Positions 14,675 through 23,666 are shown, counted from the stretch's first letter. The stretch is DNA of 40,899 nucleotides from Clostridia bacterium (GCA_045577635.1 JAZNIS010000026.1:1-40899), one strand, 5' to 3'. Notes: generated from the sequence alone by a model not told the origin. Numbers and translations are program-made.

Positions 14675-15677
14675 ATGCTGTTAATTCGCTATATACTTCG
14701 TTTGCAATTGTGTTATCTACAATTGTTGAAAATGGAATATTTTCGGTTAATTCACCAGCATTACTCATAATGGTTGTTAGTCGGTTATAAGCTGATTCAG
14801 TCATGGCAGGGTTGCTAACCCAAGCATCAATGTCTTTGTAGTTTTCAATACATGTTTTAATGCTTTCTTTTGTGCTTGTGTCAAATGATGGAATTAGTGC
14901 CGAAACAACATCATTAATGTTTGCAGTCATAATAAAGTTGTATGCTTTTAAAACGGCTCTTAAAAAACCTTTAACAATTTCTTTGTTTTTACTAATATAA
15001 CTTTCGTTTGCCATAAAACATGTAAACGGAACTTCGCCACTTTCTTCGCCAACACTAGCAACAATATGTGCATTTCCAGCCGAAACTAAACTACTAGCCG
15101 ATGGTTCAAATGCAGTTACAAAATCAGCAGTACCACCTTGAAAAGCTGTTGTTGTGTTGTTAAATTCAATATCGTATCTTAATGTTATGTTTTCGCCATC
15201 AACTAAACCATTTTGTTCTAGTGCATATTCAAGTGACATAGCAGGCATACCACCTCTTCTTCCAGCAATAATTTCGCTTCCTTCTAAATCTGACCAATTA
15301 AAGTTGGGCATTTCGGTTCTGCCAACTAAAAATGAGCCATCTCTTTTAGTTAACTGTCCAAAAACTTTTGGTAAATCTTTTTTACCTTGTGCAGCAACAT
15401 ATACAGCTGTTTCTGGTCCCATTAAACCGATATCTGCCGACCCAGAAACTAGGGCAGTCATGGAAACATTTGAACCGCCACCGTTAGTAAGTTCAATTTC
15501 AATGCCTTCATCTTTAAAGTAACCTTTATTTATTGCAACATAAAAAGGGGCATAAAATATGCTATGAGTTACTTCATTAACTCTAATTACATTATCTTTT
15601 TTGCTGCAACTACAACCCGTTAAAAATGTGCTAACACAAATAAAAAAAGCAATAGCAAAATAAGTAAATTTTTTCAT
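14673..15677 (-). CDS. ABC transporter substrate-binding lipoprotein, NMT1/THI5-like (SsuA/ThiY-type)
   Basis: Signal peptide plus lipobox (FLTGC). The body is typical of NMT1/THI5-like binding proteins (HSIFYAPFYVAINKGYFKDEGIEIEL..., GSADIGLMGPE). Strong SD GGAGG. Confidence 0.85.
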   Translation of the reverse strand: MKKFTYFAIAFFICVSTFLTGCSCSKKDNVIRVNEVTHSIFYAPFYVAINKGYFKDEGIEIELTNGGGSNVSMTALVSGSADIGLMGPETAVYVAAQGKKDLPKVFGQLTKRDGSFLVGRTEMPNFNWSDLEGSEIIAGRRGGMPAMSLEYALEQNGLVDGENITLRYDIEFNNTTTAFQGGTADFVTAFEPSASSLVSAGNAHIVASVGEESGEVPFTCFMANESYISKNKEIVKGFLRAVLKAYNFIMTANINDVVSALIPSFDTSTKESIKTCIENYKDIDAWVSNPAMTESAYNRLTTIMSNAGELTENIPFSTIVDNTIANEVYSELTA

Positions 15678-15812
15678 GATACCTCCAAATTTATTCTTAA
15701 AATATTTTATTCAAATTTAAAATTTTAGGTTAACTATTAGGTTTTGTTGTTGTTTTAATATAAATTTAACTTATAAAATATAATAAAAAACTATAAATTA
15801 AGGCCCTATGAC

Positions 15813-15841
15813 TTGAAATAAAAAGTTTAATTTGCTATACT
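15813..15841 (+). promoter_or_regulatory. Putative sigma-A promoter for the small membrane gene and valS
   Basis: TTGAAA (15813-15818), 17-nt spacer, TATACT (15836-15841). Confidence 0.5.
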
Positions 15842-15873
15842 TAACCTATAAAAATAAACCATAAGGGGATAAT

Positions 15874-16140
15874 ATGGGAATTTTATTAGAAGCATTTGGT
15901 AATTTTATGTCCACATATTTTAAAGGTGTGGTAACTATGCTTAAATCTGTTGATATTATAATAGGAATTAGTTTTGCCATTTTAGGTGTGGCTGTGGCCG
16001 TCTTGGCCCGTAGAACAACCCGAATAATTCGTAAAAGAAATGATATTGATGATAACGACCCAGCACTTATAGCATTTAAAACAGTTGGTTTAGTTCTTAT
16101 GCTAATAGCATTTCTAATTTTAGTATTTAACATTATTTAA
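15874..16140 (+). CDS. Small two-TM membrane protein, hypothetical
   Basis: SD AAGGGG 6 nt before the ATG. Two hydrophobic helices flank a basic/acidic loop (ARRTTRIIRKRNDIDDND). Lies 38 nt upstream of valS. No family recognised. Confidence 0.5.
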   Translation: MGILLEAFGNFMSTYFKGVVTMLKSVDIIIGISFAILGVAVAVLARRTTRIIRKRNDIDDNDPALIAFKTVGLVLMLIAFLILVFNII

Positions 16141-16178
16141 CAGCAAAAATTTATAGCATAAAGGAAAATTTTAATATT

Positions 16179-18797
16179 ATGGAAAAGTCATTTAATCCTG
16201 CAAAGTTTGAAGCAGATATATACAAAAAGTGGATGGATAAGGGCTATTTTAAGGCTGATGAAAATTCAAGTAAACAGCCTTTTACTATTGTTATGCCACC
16301 ACCAAACATCACAAGTAAATTACACATTGGTCATGCTTATGGCATTTCAATTATGGATAGCATTATTCGTTATAAAAGAATGCAAGGTTTTGAAGCTTTA
16401 CTTTTACCTGGAACCGACCATGCAGCACTTGCAACCGAAGTAAAAGTTGTTGAAAGGTTAGCTGAACAAGGTATTAAAAAGGAAGATATTGGTAGAGAAG
16501 CATTTCAAGTGGAAATGCAAAAATGGTATGATGAATTTGGTGGAAAAATTCTTTCTCAATTTAAAAAAGTTGGTATTTCATGTGATTGGGATAGATTAGC
16601 ATTTACACTAGATGAACCAAGATGTAAAAGTGTTAGAAAATCTTTTTATGATTTATACCATAAAGGTTTAATTTATCAAGGTAGCCGTATTACAAACTGG
16701 TGTACAACTTGTAAAACAGCACTTTCAGATATTGAAGTAGATTATCAAAACGATAAAGGTCATATTTGGCATATTAAATATCCAATTGAAAACACCGATA
16801 AATTTATTATTGTTGCAACAACAAGACCAGAAACAATGTTTGGTGATGTGGCAGTTGCAGTAAACCCAAAAGATAAAAGATATAAAAAATTAATAGGAAC
16901 AAATGTTATTTTACCTATTGTTAACAAACCAATTCCTATTATTGCCGATAGTTATGTTGATATTTCGTTTGGAACAGGTATGGTTAAAATTACTCCTGCT
17001 CACGATCCTAATGACTACGAAATTGGTAAAAGACATAACTTACCATTAATTAATGTTATGAACCTTGATGGAACAATGAATGAAGCGGCAGGTAAGTTTG
17101 CTGGTTTAAATTGTTTAGATTGCCGTGAAAAACTTGTTGCCGAACTTGAAAGCCAAGGTTATATGGAAAAAATTGAAAACTATTCACATAATGTTGGACA
17201 CTGTCAAAGATGTCATAATACACTTGAACCAATTGTTACAAAACAATGGTATGTTAAAATGGATGGTTTAGCAAAAAGAGCTATTGAAAAAGTTAAAGAT
17301 GGAACAATTAAATTCCACCCAAAAAGATTTGAAAAAATTTATTTCCATTGGTTAGAAAACATTAAAGATTGGTGTATTTCTCGTCAATTATGGTCAGGTC
17401 ATCGTATTCCTGTGTTTACCTGTGAAAAATGTGGTGAACAAATTGTTGAAATGGATGATCCAACCGTATGTCCAAAATGTGGTTGCAACCATTTAATTCA
17501 AGATCCAGATTCACTTGATACTTGGTTTAGTAGTGCATTATGGCCATTTAGCACATTAGGTTGGCCAGAAGAAACTAAATCATTAGAAAAATTCTATCCA
17601 ACTGATTTAATGGTTACTGCTTACGACATTATTTTCTTCTGGGTAGCTAGAATGATTTTCAGTGGTTTAGAATATACCGACAAAGAACCATTTAAAGATG
17701 TTTTAATGCATGGTTTAGTTCGCGATGAATTAGGCAGAAAAATGAGTAAAAGTTTGGGTAATGGTATTGATCCACTTGATATTATTGAAAAATACGGTGC
17801 CGATTCTTTAAGATTTGCTTTACTTATTGGAACAGGTGTTGGTATGGATTCAAGGTTTAGCTACGATAAAACCGAAAATGCTAGTAACTTCATTAACAAA
17901 TTATGGAATGCTAGTAGGTTTGTAGTTGATAATGTAAACAAAGTAAACTTTGAAGTTAAACCTTTAACCGAACTTAAATTAGGTTTAGCAGATAAATGGA
18001 TTTTAACTGAACTTAACAACACAATTAACACAATTACAAAACAATATGAAAAATATGATGTTGGTATGGCTTGTAACACAATTTATGATTTTGTTTGGAG
18101 CAAATTCTGTGATTGGTATATTGAAGCAAGTAAACCAAGTTTGTATGCTGAAGGCGAAGAACAATTAACAACATTAAATGTTTTAGTTTATGTTTTAGAT
18201 AAAATTTTAAAAATGTTACATCCGGTTATGCCTTTTGTAACCGAAACAATTTATGCTGAACTTCCTAACCACGAAGAAAGCATTATGGTTTCAAGTTTCC
18301 CAACATTTACAAAAGAACTTAACTTTACAACAAGTTATAAAACAATGAACGAAGTTATGAACATTGTTAGAAACATTCGTAACACCCGTAAGGAAATGAA
18401 TGTTGCCGATAATGTTAGAACAAACTTGTTTGTTGAAACTTCTAATAAAGAAATTAAAGCTAATTTAGAAATGATTAAAAAACTTGCTAGTGGTAAAGAA
18501 ATTGAACTTGTAACAAATGGTGCAGAACTTGAAAATAGCACAGTTATTGTTAACGATTTGTTAAAAGTTTATATTCCTAATGGCGATATGATTAACCCAG
18601 AAAAAGAACTTGAAAGATTAAATGCAGAACTTGAAAAAACAGTTGCAGAAATTTCAAGAGCAGAAAAAATGCTTGCAAACCCAGGTTTTGTTGCCAGAGC
18701 TCCACAAGCATTAGTAGATAACGAAAAAGCAAAAATTGTTAAGTATAACGAAATTAAACAAAATCTAGAACAAGCAATTAGCAAATTAGTAAAATAA
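16179..18797 (+). CDS. valS: Valine--tRNA ligase
   Basis: Class I motifs PPPNITSKLHIGH and KMSKSLGN, a CP1 editing region, and a C-terminal coiled coil. The 872-aa length is typical. Confidence 0.97.
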   Translation: MEKSFNPAKFEADIYKKWMDKGYFKADENSSKQPFTIVMPPPNITSKLHIGHAYGISIMDSIIRYKRMQGFEALLLPGTDHAALATEVKVVERLAEQGIKKEDIGREAFQVEMQKWYDEFGGKILSQFKKVGISCDWDRLAFTLDEPRCKSVRKSFYDLYHKGLIYQGSRITNWCTTCKTALSDIEVDYQNDKGHIWHIKYPIENTDKFIIVATTRPETMFGDVAVAVNPKDKRYKKLIGTNVILPIVNKPIPIIADSYVDISFGTGMVKITPAHDPNDYEIGKRHNLPLINVMNLDGTMNEAAGKFAGLNCLDCREKLVAELESQGYMEKIENYSHNVGHCQRCHNTLEPIVTKQWYVKMDGLAKRAIEKVKDGTIKFHPKRFEKIYFHWLENIKDWCISRQLWSGHRIPVFTCEKCGEQIVEMDDPTVCPKCGCNHLIQDPDSLDTWFSSALWPFSTLGWPEETKSLEKFYPTDLMVTAYDIIFFWVARMIFSGLEYTDKEPFKDVLMHGLVRDELGRKMSKSLGNGIDPLDIIEKYGADSLRFALLIGTGVGMDSRFSYDKTENASNFINKLWNASRFVVDNVNKVNFEVKPLTELKLGLADKWILTELNNTINTITKQYEKYDVGMACNTIYDFVWSKFCDWYIEASKPSLYAEGEEQLTTLNVLVYVLDKILKMLHPVMPFVTETIYAELPNHEESIMVSSFPTFTKELNFTTSYKTMNEVMNIVRNIRNTRKEMNVADNVRTNLFVETSNKEIKANLEMIKKLASGKEIELVTNGAELENSTVIVNDLLKVYIPNGDMINPEKELERLNAELEKTVAEISRAEKMLANPGFVARAPQALVDNEKAKIVKYNEIKQNLEQAISKLVK

Positions 18798-18802
18798 AAA
18801 AA

Positions 18803-18828
18803 GACCTAGCAAATAGCTAGGCCTTTTT
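18803..18828. terminator. Bidirectional terminator (valS and the TSCPD gene)
   Basis: Stem GACCTAGC (18803-18810), loop AAATA, stem GCTAGGCC (18816-18823), then TTTTT, with an A-tract upstream. Confidence 0.75.
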
Positions 18829-19075
18829 ATTTATTATCTTCTAAATATTTTTTTAATGCTTGTGCAAGTTGGTCAGGGCATGAAGTTGTTGGTCTGCATT
18901 TAATGCCTTCTAAACGGGCAATAACTTCTTCAATTTTCATTCCTTCAACTAGTTTGCTAACACCGGTTGTATTGCCCATGCAACCACCAATAAATTTAAC
19001 ATTTTTAACGATTCCGTTTTCAACATCAAAATCAATTTGTCTTGAACAAACACCATATGTTTTATAACTGTTCAT
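18827..19075 (-). CDS. TSCPD-domain small protein (TIGR03905-type 4-Cys family), function unknown
   Basis: MNSYKTYGVCSRQIDFDVENGIVKNVKFIGGCMGN...CRPTTSCPDQLAQALKK matches the conserved pattern of this family. SD AAGGAG. Confidence 0.8.
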   Translation of the reverse strand: MNSYKTYGVCSRQIDFDVENGIVKNVKFIGGCMGNTTGVSKLVEGMKIEEVIARLEGIKCRPTTSCPDQLAQALKKYLEDNK

Positions 19076-19095
19076 TTTAATTTCTCCTTAAAATT

Positions 19096-19644
19096 TTAGT
19101 TGTCAATAATTGTGTCATATAAATATTCAAAAATGTTCGCAGCATTTTCTTTCCATTTTTTACATGCAGTAATTGCAGCATGTCGGTTAGGTGCTTTAAG
19201 TTTTATTTCAAGTAATGGGCTAGTTAAAATAGGTTCTTTAATTTTTAATGTAACAGTGTGTGAACCGTCTGGGTTTTTAACATAATCAGAAACATATTCT
19301 TGGCTTCGTTTTAGGTTTAGTTTGTTTTCTTTAATAAAAGTAGAAATTTCTTCTCTTAAACTTTGTGGAATTCTTAAAAAGAAATGACTTAAACAATTTC
19401 TACCATCAACAGTTATTCCATATCTGCATTCTTCATTATCCATTTCATTTTTGTAAATAAAACCAACTTCAAGTAATTGCCATAAAATTTCTTTGCAATC
19501 CATGTAGTTAATCCAATTATTTCTGCTTGTGCAAATGTCAATAATGTTATTTTCTGTTAGTGGAATTTCCATTTTATCTAACAAAAATAATAGTTTTAAT
19601 TTGTTTATTGTGCTGTCTTGTGTATACTCTAAAACTTTATCCAT
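19096..19644 (-). CDS. DUF4364-family protein (putative winged-helix regulator)
   Basis: The pattern NKLKLLFLL..IPLT...I......INYM.....L.QLLEVGF ... ACKKWKENA..IFEYLYDTI matches DUF4364 proteins of Clostridia. The ORF track opens at 19707. I prefer ATG 19644 (MDKVLEY) with an AAAGG SD. Confidence 0.72.
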   Translation of the reverse strand: MDKVLEYTQDSTINKLKLLFLLDKMEIPLTENNIIDICTSRNNWINYMDCKEILWQLLEVGFIYKNEMDNEECRYGITVDGRNCLSHFFLRIPQSLREEISTFIKENKLNLKRSQEYVSDYVKNPDGSHTVTLKIKEPILTSPLLEIKLKAPNRHAAITACKKWKENAANIFEYLYDTIIDN

Positions 19645-19764
19645 AATTAAACCTTTATATTTAAAATCCAAACAAAGTATATCACAATTAAAAATTTTCC
19701 ACAACAAACCTTTAAATATAAAAATATTAAATTGCTTTAATTTATACTACATATTTTAATTTAT

Positions 19765-19793
19765 TTGCTTAAAAACAAGAAATTTACTATACT
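19765..19793 (+). promoter_or_regulatory. Putative sigma-A promoter for the 255-aa orphan gene
   Basis: TTGCTT (19765-19770), 17-nt spacer, TATACT (19788-19793). A GGAG SD lies 6 nt before ATG 19839. Confidence 0.5.
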
Positions 19794-19838
19794 TTAATAG
19801 TACCCACAAAAATTTTTAAACTAATTACGGAGTAACTA

Positions 19839-20606
19839 ATGATATATCCTGAAAGTGAAAATGTAAAAATTAAAACATTTTTTGATGCTTGTAATGAAAT
19901 GATTCAAGGTAGATTTATTTTATCTGATATTAAAATTTCAAAAATTTTAAAAGCAATTGCCAATTCTGAAATACTTTATAATTTGTTTGCCGATGTTTTG
20001 TCTGATTTTAAATTTAAGGAAGAATTTGAAAAGGCAAAAACAAGTAGTAAAGTTAATGGTGGTTATTTTTTAGTTCCTGAGCAAGAAGAAAAAATAATTG
20101 CTTTGGTTTTTTGCATTTTGCTTGAAGTTGATAATCAAAAAATGAATTTGCAAAATTTCGTAAACGATTATTTTTACAGTCCAGAAGGTTATAATATTAG
20201 TTATAGTAACTTTGCATTGTCTGTGCTTGTTCCATTTAAAAATGCAGTTCTTGAACTTTTGTGTTGTAATGAAGATGGAACTCCGTTAGATGAAGAAGAG
20301 TTGGAAGAAGAATTAGAAGAAGATTATGAAGAAGAACCTTGCACAGAAGAAAAACTTTTATTTGCAAATTTAAGAATGTCGTTAAACGAATTATTGTCTG
20401 TAATTGGCAGAAGTAAAATTAACTATGAACAAAAAGAAGAATTAAACATCATTATTAATGCTATGTTTGAAGCAATTGATTTAGAAAACTTAAATATTGT
20501 TAATGCTTTGGTTATTCCGTTGGAATATATGATAGGCAAAAATAAACAAGTTAAATTCTATTATAATGATTTTAAGGAATGTTTGGTTCAATTCTATTAT
20601 AAATAA
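19839..20606 (+). CDS. Hypothetical protein with a central poly-acidic linker
   Basis: Good promoter and SD. 255 aa. An N-terminal domain of about 150 aa, then an acidic linker (DEEELEEELEEDYEEEP), then a helical C-terminal domain of about 85 aa. No family recognised. Confidence 0.6.
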   Translation: MIYPESENVKIKTFFDACNEMIQGRFILSDIKISKILKAIANSEILYNLFADVLSDFKFKEEFEKAKTSSKVNGGYFLVPEQEEKIIALVFCILLEVDNQKMNLQNFVNDYFYSPEGYNISYSNFALSVLVPFKNAVLELLCCNEDGTPLDEEELEEELEEDYEEEPCTEEKLLFANLRMSLNELLSVIGRSKINYEQKEELNIIINAMFEAIDLENLNIVNALVIPLEYMIGKNKQVKFYYNDFKECLVQFYYK

Positions 20607-20611
20607 TAAAA

Positions 20612-20636
20612 AGCCACTAAAATCTAGTGGCTTTTT
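20612..20636. terminator. Bidirectional terminator between the two orphan genes
   Basis: Stem AGCCACTA (20612-20619), loop AAATC, stem TAGTGGCT (20625-20632), then TTTT, with an A-tract upstream. The last codons of the minus-strand gene run into the stem. Confidence 0.7.
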
Positions 20637-21696
20637 CATTTTTATCTGCTTGTTGTAAAGTTTGAAATTTAATGGTTTTTGCAATATCATAAATAACATT
20701 GTCGCCATAATTTGTTTGTGGGTTAACAGTTAATTGCATTGTTTGTGTAACATCATCAAAATCGGCTGTGCTATTGTTAAAGTGATGTGCATACCTTAAC
20801 ATTAAATAGGAAAGTTTGTTTGTTATGTTAAACTGATTTCTGTTGTGTTCCCACACAGCATTTTTTTTCTCTTCGCTAGTTTTATATCTGTTAAATTTTG
20901 AAACTAGGTTTGCATTATATCTAATAGGCATAAGGGTAGGTGATGTTATATTTGTAATGTTGTGTTGTTTTAAATATTCAACAAATAATGTTAACGAAAC
21001 AACTGCATTAGGTGATACATTTGCAATAATATCGTTAGGGTCAACATCTTTATTAACTTTTCTAAAATATCTATCTAGTTTTTTAGCAAGTGGGTTTGTT
21101 TGATTTGTGTCTTCATTTTGCATTGCGAACACTGTTGCTTTATCGTCAACAATTCCAAATGTAACTGTTGGCAATCTAAATTCAGTATGGGTTGCAGGGT
21201 CTTCAAAAACAGGAATAAATCTGTATGGACCTTCTAAATTTGAAAATCTTTTTGTAACAATTCCAACAAAATTTAAATCTCCAAAATTACCCATATCAAA
21301 TCTGCCTGTTTCAACAGGTGTTTCAAGCATTTTTGTTCTGTTTTGTATGTACGGAATAATGTTTTCAAAATCGGTTGGTGTTCCATTAATAATTAAATCT
21401 AAAAACAATTTTTCCGGAAAATTTTCATCGCTAAAATCAAAGTAATCTTGGTCCCTTGAATAAAATTTTTTAGCAGTGTTTAAATATTGTGTGATTTCGT
21501 GTAAAAATAGTGGATAATCACTTATTTTTATAGTAGGGTAATTTGAATTTGTTGTGTTGTTTTTATTGTTAATATTGTTAAAAAAACGGGTGTAAAAAGT
21601 CCAGTAGCCCAATTGGTCATCACCAATGGTAACCACTCCGTTTTTAGCTTGATTAAAAACTTTTTCAACAATTAATTTTGTTTTTAAATCGCTCAT
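20617..21696 (-). CDS. Hypothetical protein, about 359 aa, no recognised family
   Basis: Long ORF with non-repetitive, globular-looking composition. The ORF track opens at GTG 21708. I prefer ATG 21696 (MSDLKTK), with a GTGGGG SD formed by the preceding bases. It starts only about 55 nt after the ylbJ-like stop, which suggests co-transcription. Confidence 0.62.
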   Translation of the reverse strand: MSDLKTKLIVEKVFNQAKNGVVTIGDDQLGYWTFYTRFFNNINNKNNTTNSNYPTIKISDYPLFLHEITQYLNTAKKFYSRDQDYFDFSDENFPEKLFLDLIINGTPTDFENIIPYIQNRTKMLETPVETGRFDMGNFGDLNFVGIVTKRFSNLEGPYRFIPVFEDPATHTEFRLPTVTFGIVDDKATVFAMQNEDTNQTNPLAKKLDRYFRKVNKDVDPNDIIANVSPNAVVSLTLFVEYLKQHNITNITSPTLMPIRYNANLVSKFNRYKTSEEKKNAVWEHNRNQFNITNKLSYLMLRYAHHFNNSTADFDDVTQTMQLTVNPQTNYGDNVIYDIAKTIKFQTLQQADKNEKATRF

Positions 21697-21751
21697 AATT
21701 AACCCCACTATATTTATTATATTATATCAAATTTAAATAAAAAGGTCAATG

Positions 21752-22732
21752 CTACCCAAAAACAAAAAATCCTATTAAAAAAGCCAAAATTATACTTATT
21801 GCACAATGTGTTATTTTTTGAAGAAAATAGAAGCTAATTTTTATATTAATTCGCCTTAAAAAGGTTAGTGCTTGCAAGTTTATAGAAATTCCACCAAACG
21901 ATATAATTGCCGATAGAATTACAGATAAAAGTTTAGGGTTTAAATTTAATAAACTTAAATCTAAACAACCCCTAGTTAATTCAATTATACCATTTAAAAT
22001 TGCCACTAAAATTTCACTGTTAACAAATGGGAATATTTTATTAAACATTAAAGTTAACGGAAAGTATAAATTAAAGTGGTTAACAAGGGTTATTAACATA
22101 AAAAACACAGATATATAGCCACCAACAATTAATATGCTTTTTATTGAATTTAACATACAGTTTTCTAAAATATTCTTATTGGGTATTTGTGTAAATTTTT
22201 CTTTGCTTAAACAGTTTCCTGTTTCTTTTAACATATATTTTCTGTAAAATAAACCATTTATTAATGCCGATATAAAATGCGAGATTAAAACAACATAACC
22301 AATGGTTTTATTTTTAAACATTCCAACAGCAACAGTGCCTAAAATAAATAGTGGTCCACTAGTGCTTGTAAAAGTGATAATTCGGTGTGCTTGTCCTAAA
22401 TCAATAAACTTGTTTTCATATAAATCACAGGTTAGTTTTGCTCCAACAGGGTAGCCCGATAAAATGCTCATTAAATAAACATACCCACTAATTCCACTAG
22501 TGTTGTATAGCCGCTTGGTTAATGGGGCTATTTTGCCCGATATTTCGTTAATATAACCAAGTTCGCCTAATAGTTTTGTAAAAAAGAAAAAGGGGAGTAG
22601 TGCAGGTAAAATTGCAGTGGCCCAAACTGTTATTCCTGATAAACTAGATTTTATTGCGATTTCGGGAACTAATACTAAACAAAGTATGATAATAATTATA
22701 AGAAATGATAAAAAAATACTGTTTTTTTTCAA
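21752..22732 (-). CDS. ylbJ: YlbJ-like nucleoside-recognition (Gate) domain integral membrane protein
   Basis: The N-terminus (TM helix then PEIAIKSSLSGITVWATAILPALLPFFFFTKLL) matches the YlbJ pattern. Polytopic. Sits next to ylbK-like and ylbM genes as in Bacillus subtilis. The ORF track opens at ATG 22789. TTG 22732 has a GGGGTG SD 7 nt upstream and gives a YlbJ-like N-terminus. Confidence 0.7.
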   Translation of the reverse strand: MKKNSIFLSFLIIIIILCLVLVPEIAIKSSLSGITVWATAILPALLPFFFFTKLLGELGYINEISGKIAPLTKRLYNTSGISGYVYLMSILSGYPVGAKLTCDLYENKFIDLGQAHRIITFTSTSGPLFILGTVAVGMFKNKTIGYVVLISHFISALINGLFYRKYMLKETGNCLSKEKFTQIPNKNILENCMLNSIKSILIVGGYISVFFMLITLVNHFNLYFPLTLMFNKIFPFVNSEILVAILNGIIELTRGCLDLSLLNLNPKLLSVILSAIISFGGISINLQALTFLRRINIKISFYFLQKITHCAISIILAFLIGFFVFG

Positions 22733-22854
22733 ATAATTGCACCCCAAAATATTGTTATAGTGATATAATGTAAAAAAAGTAAAAAGCATAATAGTTATTA
22801 ATTTATAACTATAATTTATTTTACATTAAATGGTATGATTTTAGGAGGTGTAAT

Positions 22855-23658
22855 ATGAGCAAAATTAAAGTTGGAATTGCATTAGGTGGTGGTGGAGCAT
22901 TAGGAATGGCTCATATTGGGGTTTTAAAAGCACTAGAAGAAAATGGTATTAATCCAGAAATTATTACAGGAACATCAATCGGTTCGCTAATAGGTGGAGT
23001 ATATGCAGCAGGTGTTTCGGTTAATAACATGGAACAAGAAGCTCTTAAAATAAAAACCACACAATTATTAGATTTAAATCTTATTAATCCATCTGGTATT
23101 TTAACAGGAAAATCTGCAATTAAGATTATTAAATCCGTTTTAAAAGCAGAACCTAACATTGAAGATTTGCCATTGAAATTTGCAGCAGTTGCTGTTGATA
23201 TTGAAAATGGTGAAGAAGTTGTTTTAAATAGTGGTTCATTATTAGATGCCATTAGGGCAAGTATAAGTGTTCCAGGGGTGTTTGTTCCACACGAAATAAA
23301 TGGCAGATTATTGGTTGATGGTGGAACTTTAAACAATATTCCAGAAGACCATGTTAAAAATATGGGGGCAGATGTTGTGTTATCAGTTAATTTGTTATCA
23401 GATTTCACACCATATACAAAACCTAAAACAACAGTTCACACAGTGGCTTTTTCGTTTTTTATTATGCAAAAAAAGTTGGTTGAAACAAAAAAGAAATTTG
23501 CAGATTTACGAATTAATTTACCGTTAAAGAATTATAGAACTTATAACTTTGGTAAGGATATATCGGAACAATTAATTAAAATAGGTTATAACGAAACAAT
23601 TAAACTTATGCCAAAAATTAAAAAGATAATTAAAAAAGCAGAAGAAAATAAAAAATAA
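22855..23658 (+). CDS. Patatin-like phospholipase (YlbK-like)
   Basis: Oxyanion loop GGGGALGMAHIG, nucleophile elbow GTSIGS, catalytic DGG (VDGGTLNNIP). SD AGGAGG. Confidence 0.9.
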   Translation: MSKIKVGIALGGGGALGMAHIGVLKALEENGINPEIITGTSIGSLIGGVYAAGVSVNNMEQEALKIKTTQLLDLNLINPSGILTGKSAIKIIKSVLKAEPNIEDLPLKFAAVAVDIENGEEVVLNSGSLLDAIRASISVPGVFVPHEINGRLLVDGGTLNNIPEDHVKNMGADVVLSVNLLSDFTPYTKPKTTVHTVAFSFFIMQKKLVETKKKFADLRINLPLKNYRTYNFGKDISEQLIKIGYNETIKLMPKIKKIIKKAEENKK

Positions 23659-23666
23659 AGGAAAAA

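Noticed and set aside
14599-14790. ORF 14599..14790 (+) bridges the end of the zeta-like gene and the end of the binding-protein gene. I considered it as a possible antitoxin.
   Set aside because: It reads straight through the bidirectional terminator and antisense into the binding-protein gene, and it has no SD. It is not credible as an antitoxin.
15678-15873. Possible TPP or other riboswitch upstream of the NMT1/THI5-type binding-protein gene.
   Set aside because: Neither strand shows the conserved TPP-riboswitch elements (CUGAGA, ACCUGAUCUGGAUAAUGCCAGCG-like). The region is almost pure A/T with no extended pairing that I can find.
22721-22732. An A8 tract (TTG AAA AAA AAC on the minus strand) immediately after the preferred ylbJ-like start. 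I considered it as a possible slipped-strand phase-variation site.
   Set aside because: Eight bases is short, and homopolymers of this length are common in such AT-rich DNA. With no population data, a phase-variation claim is unsupported.
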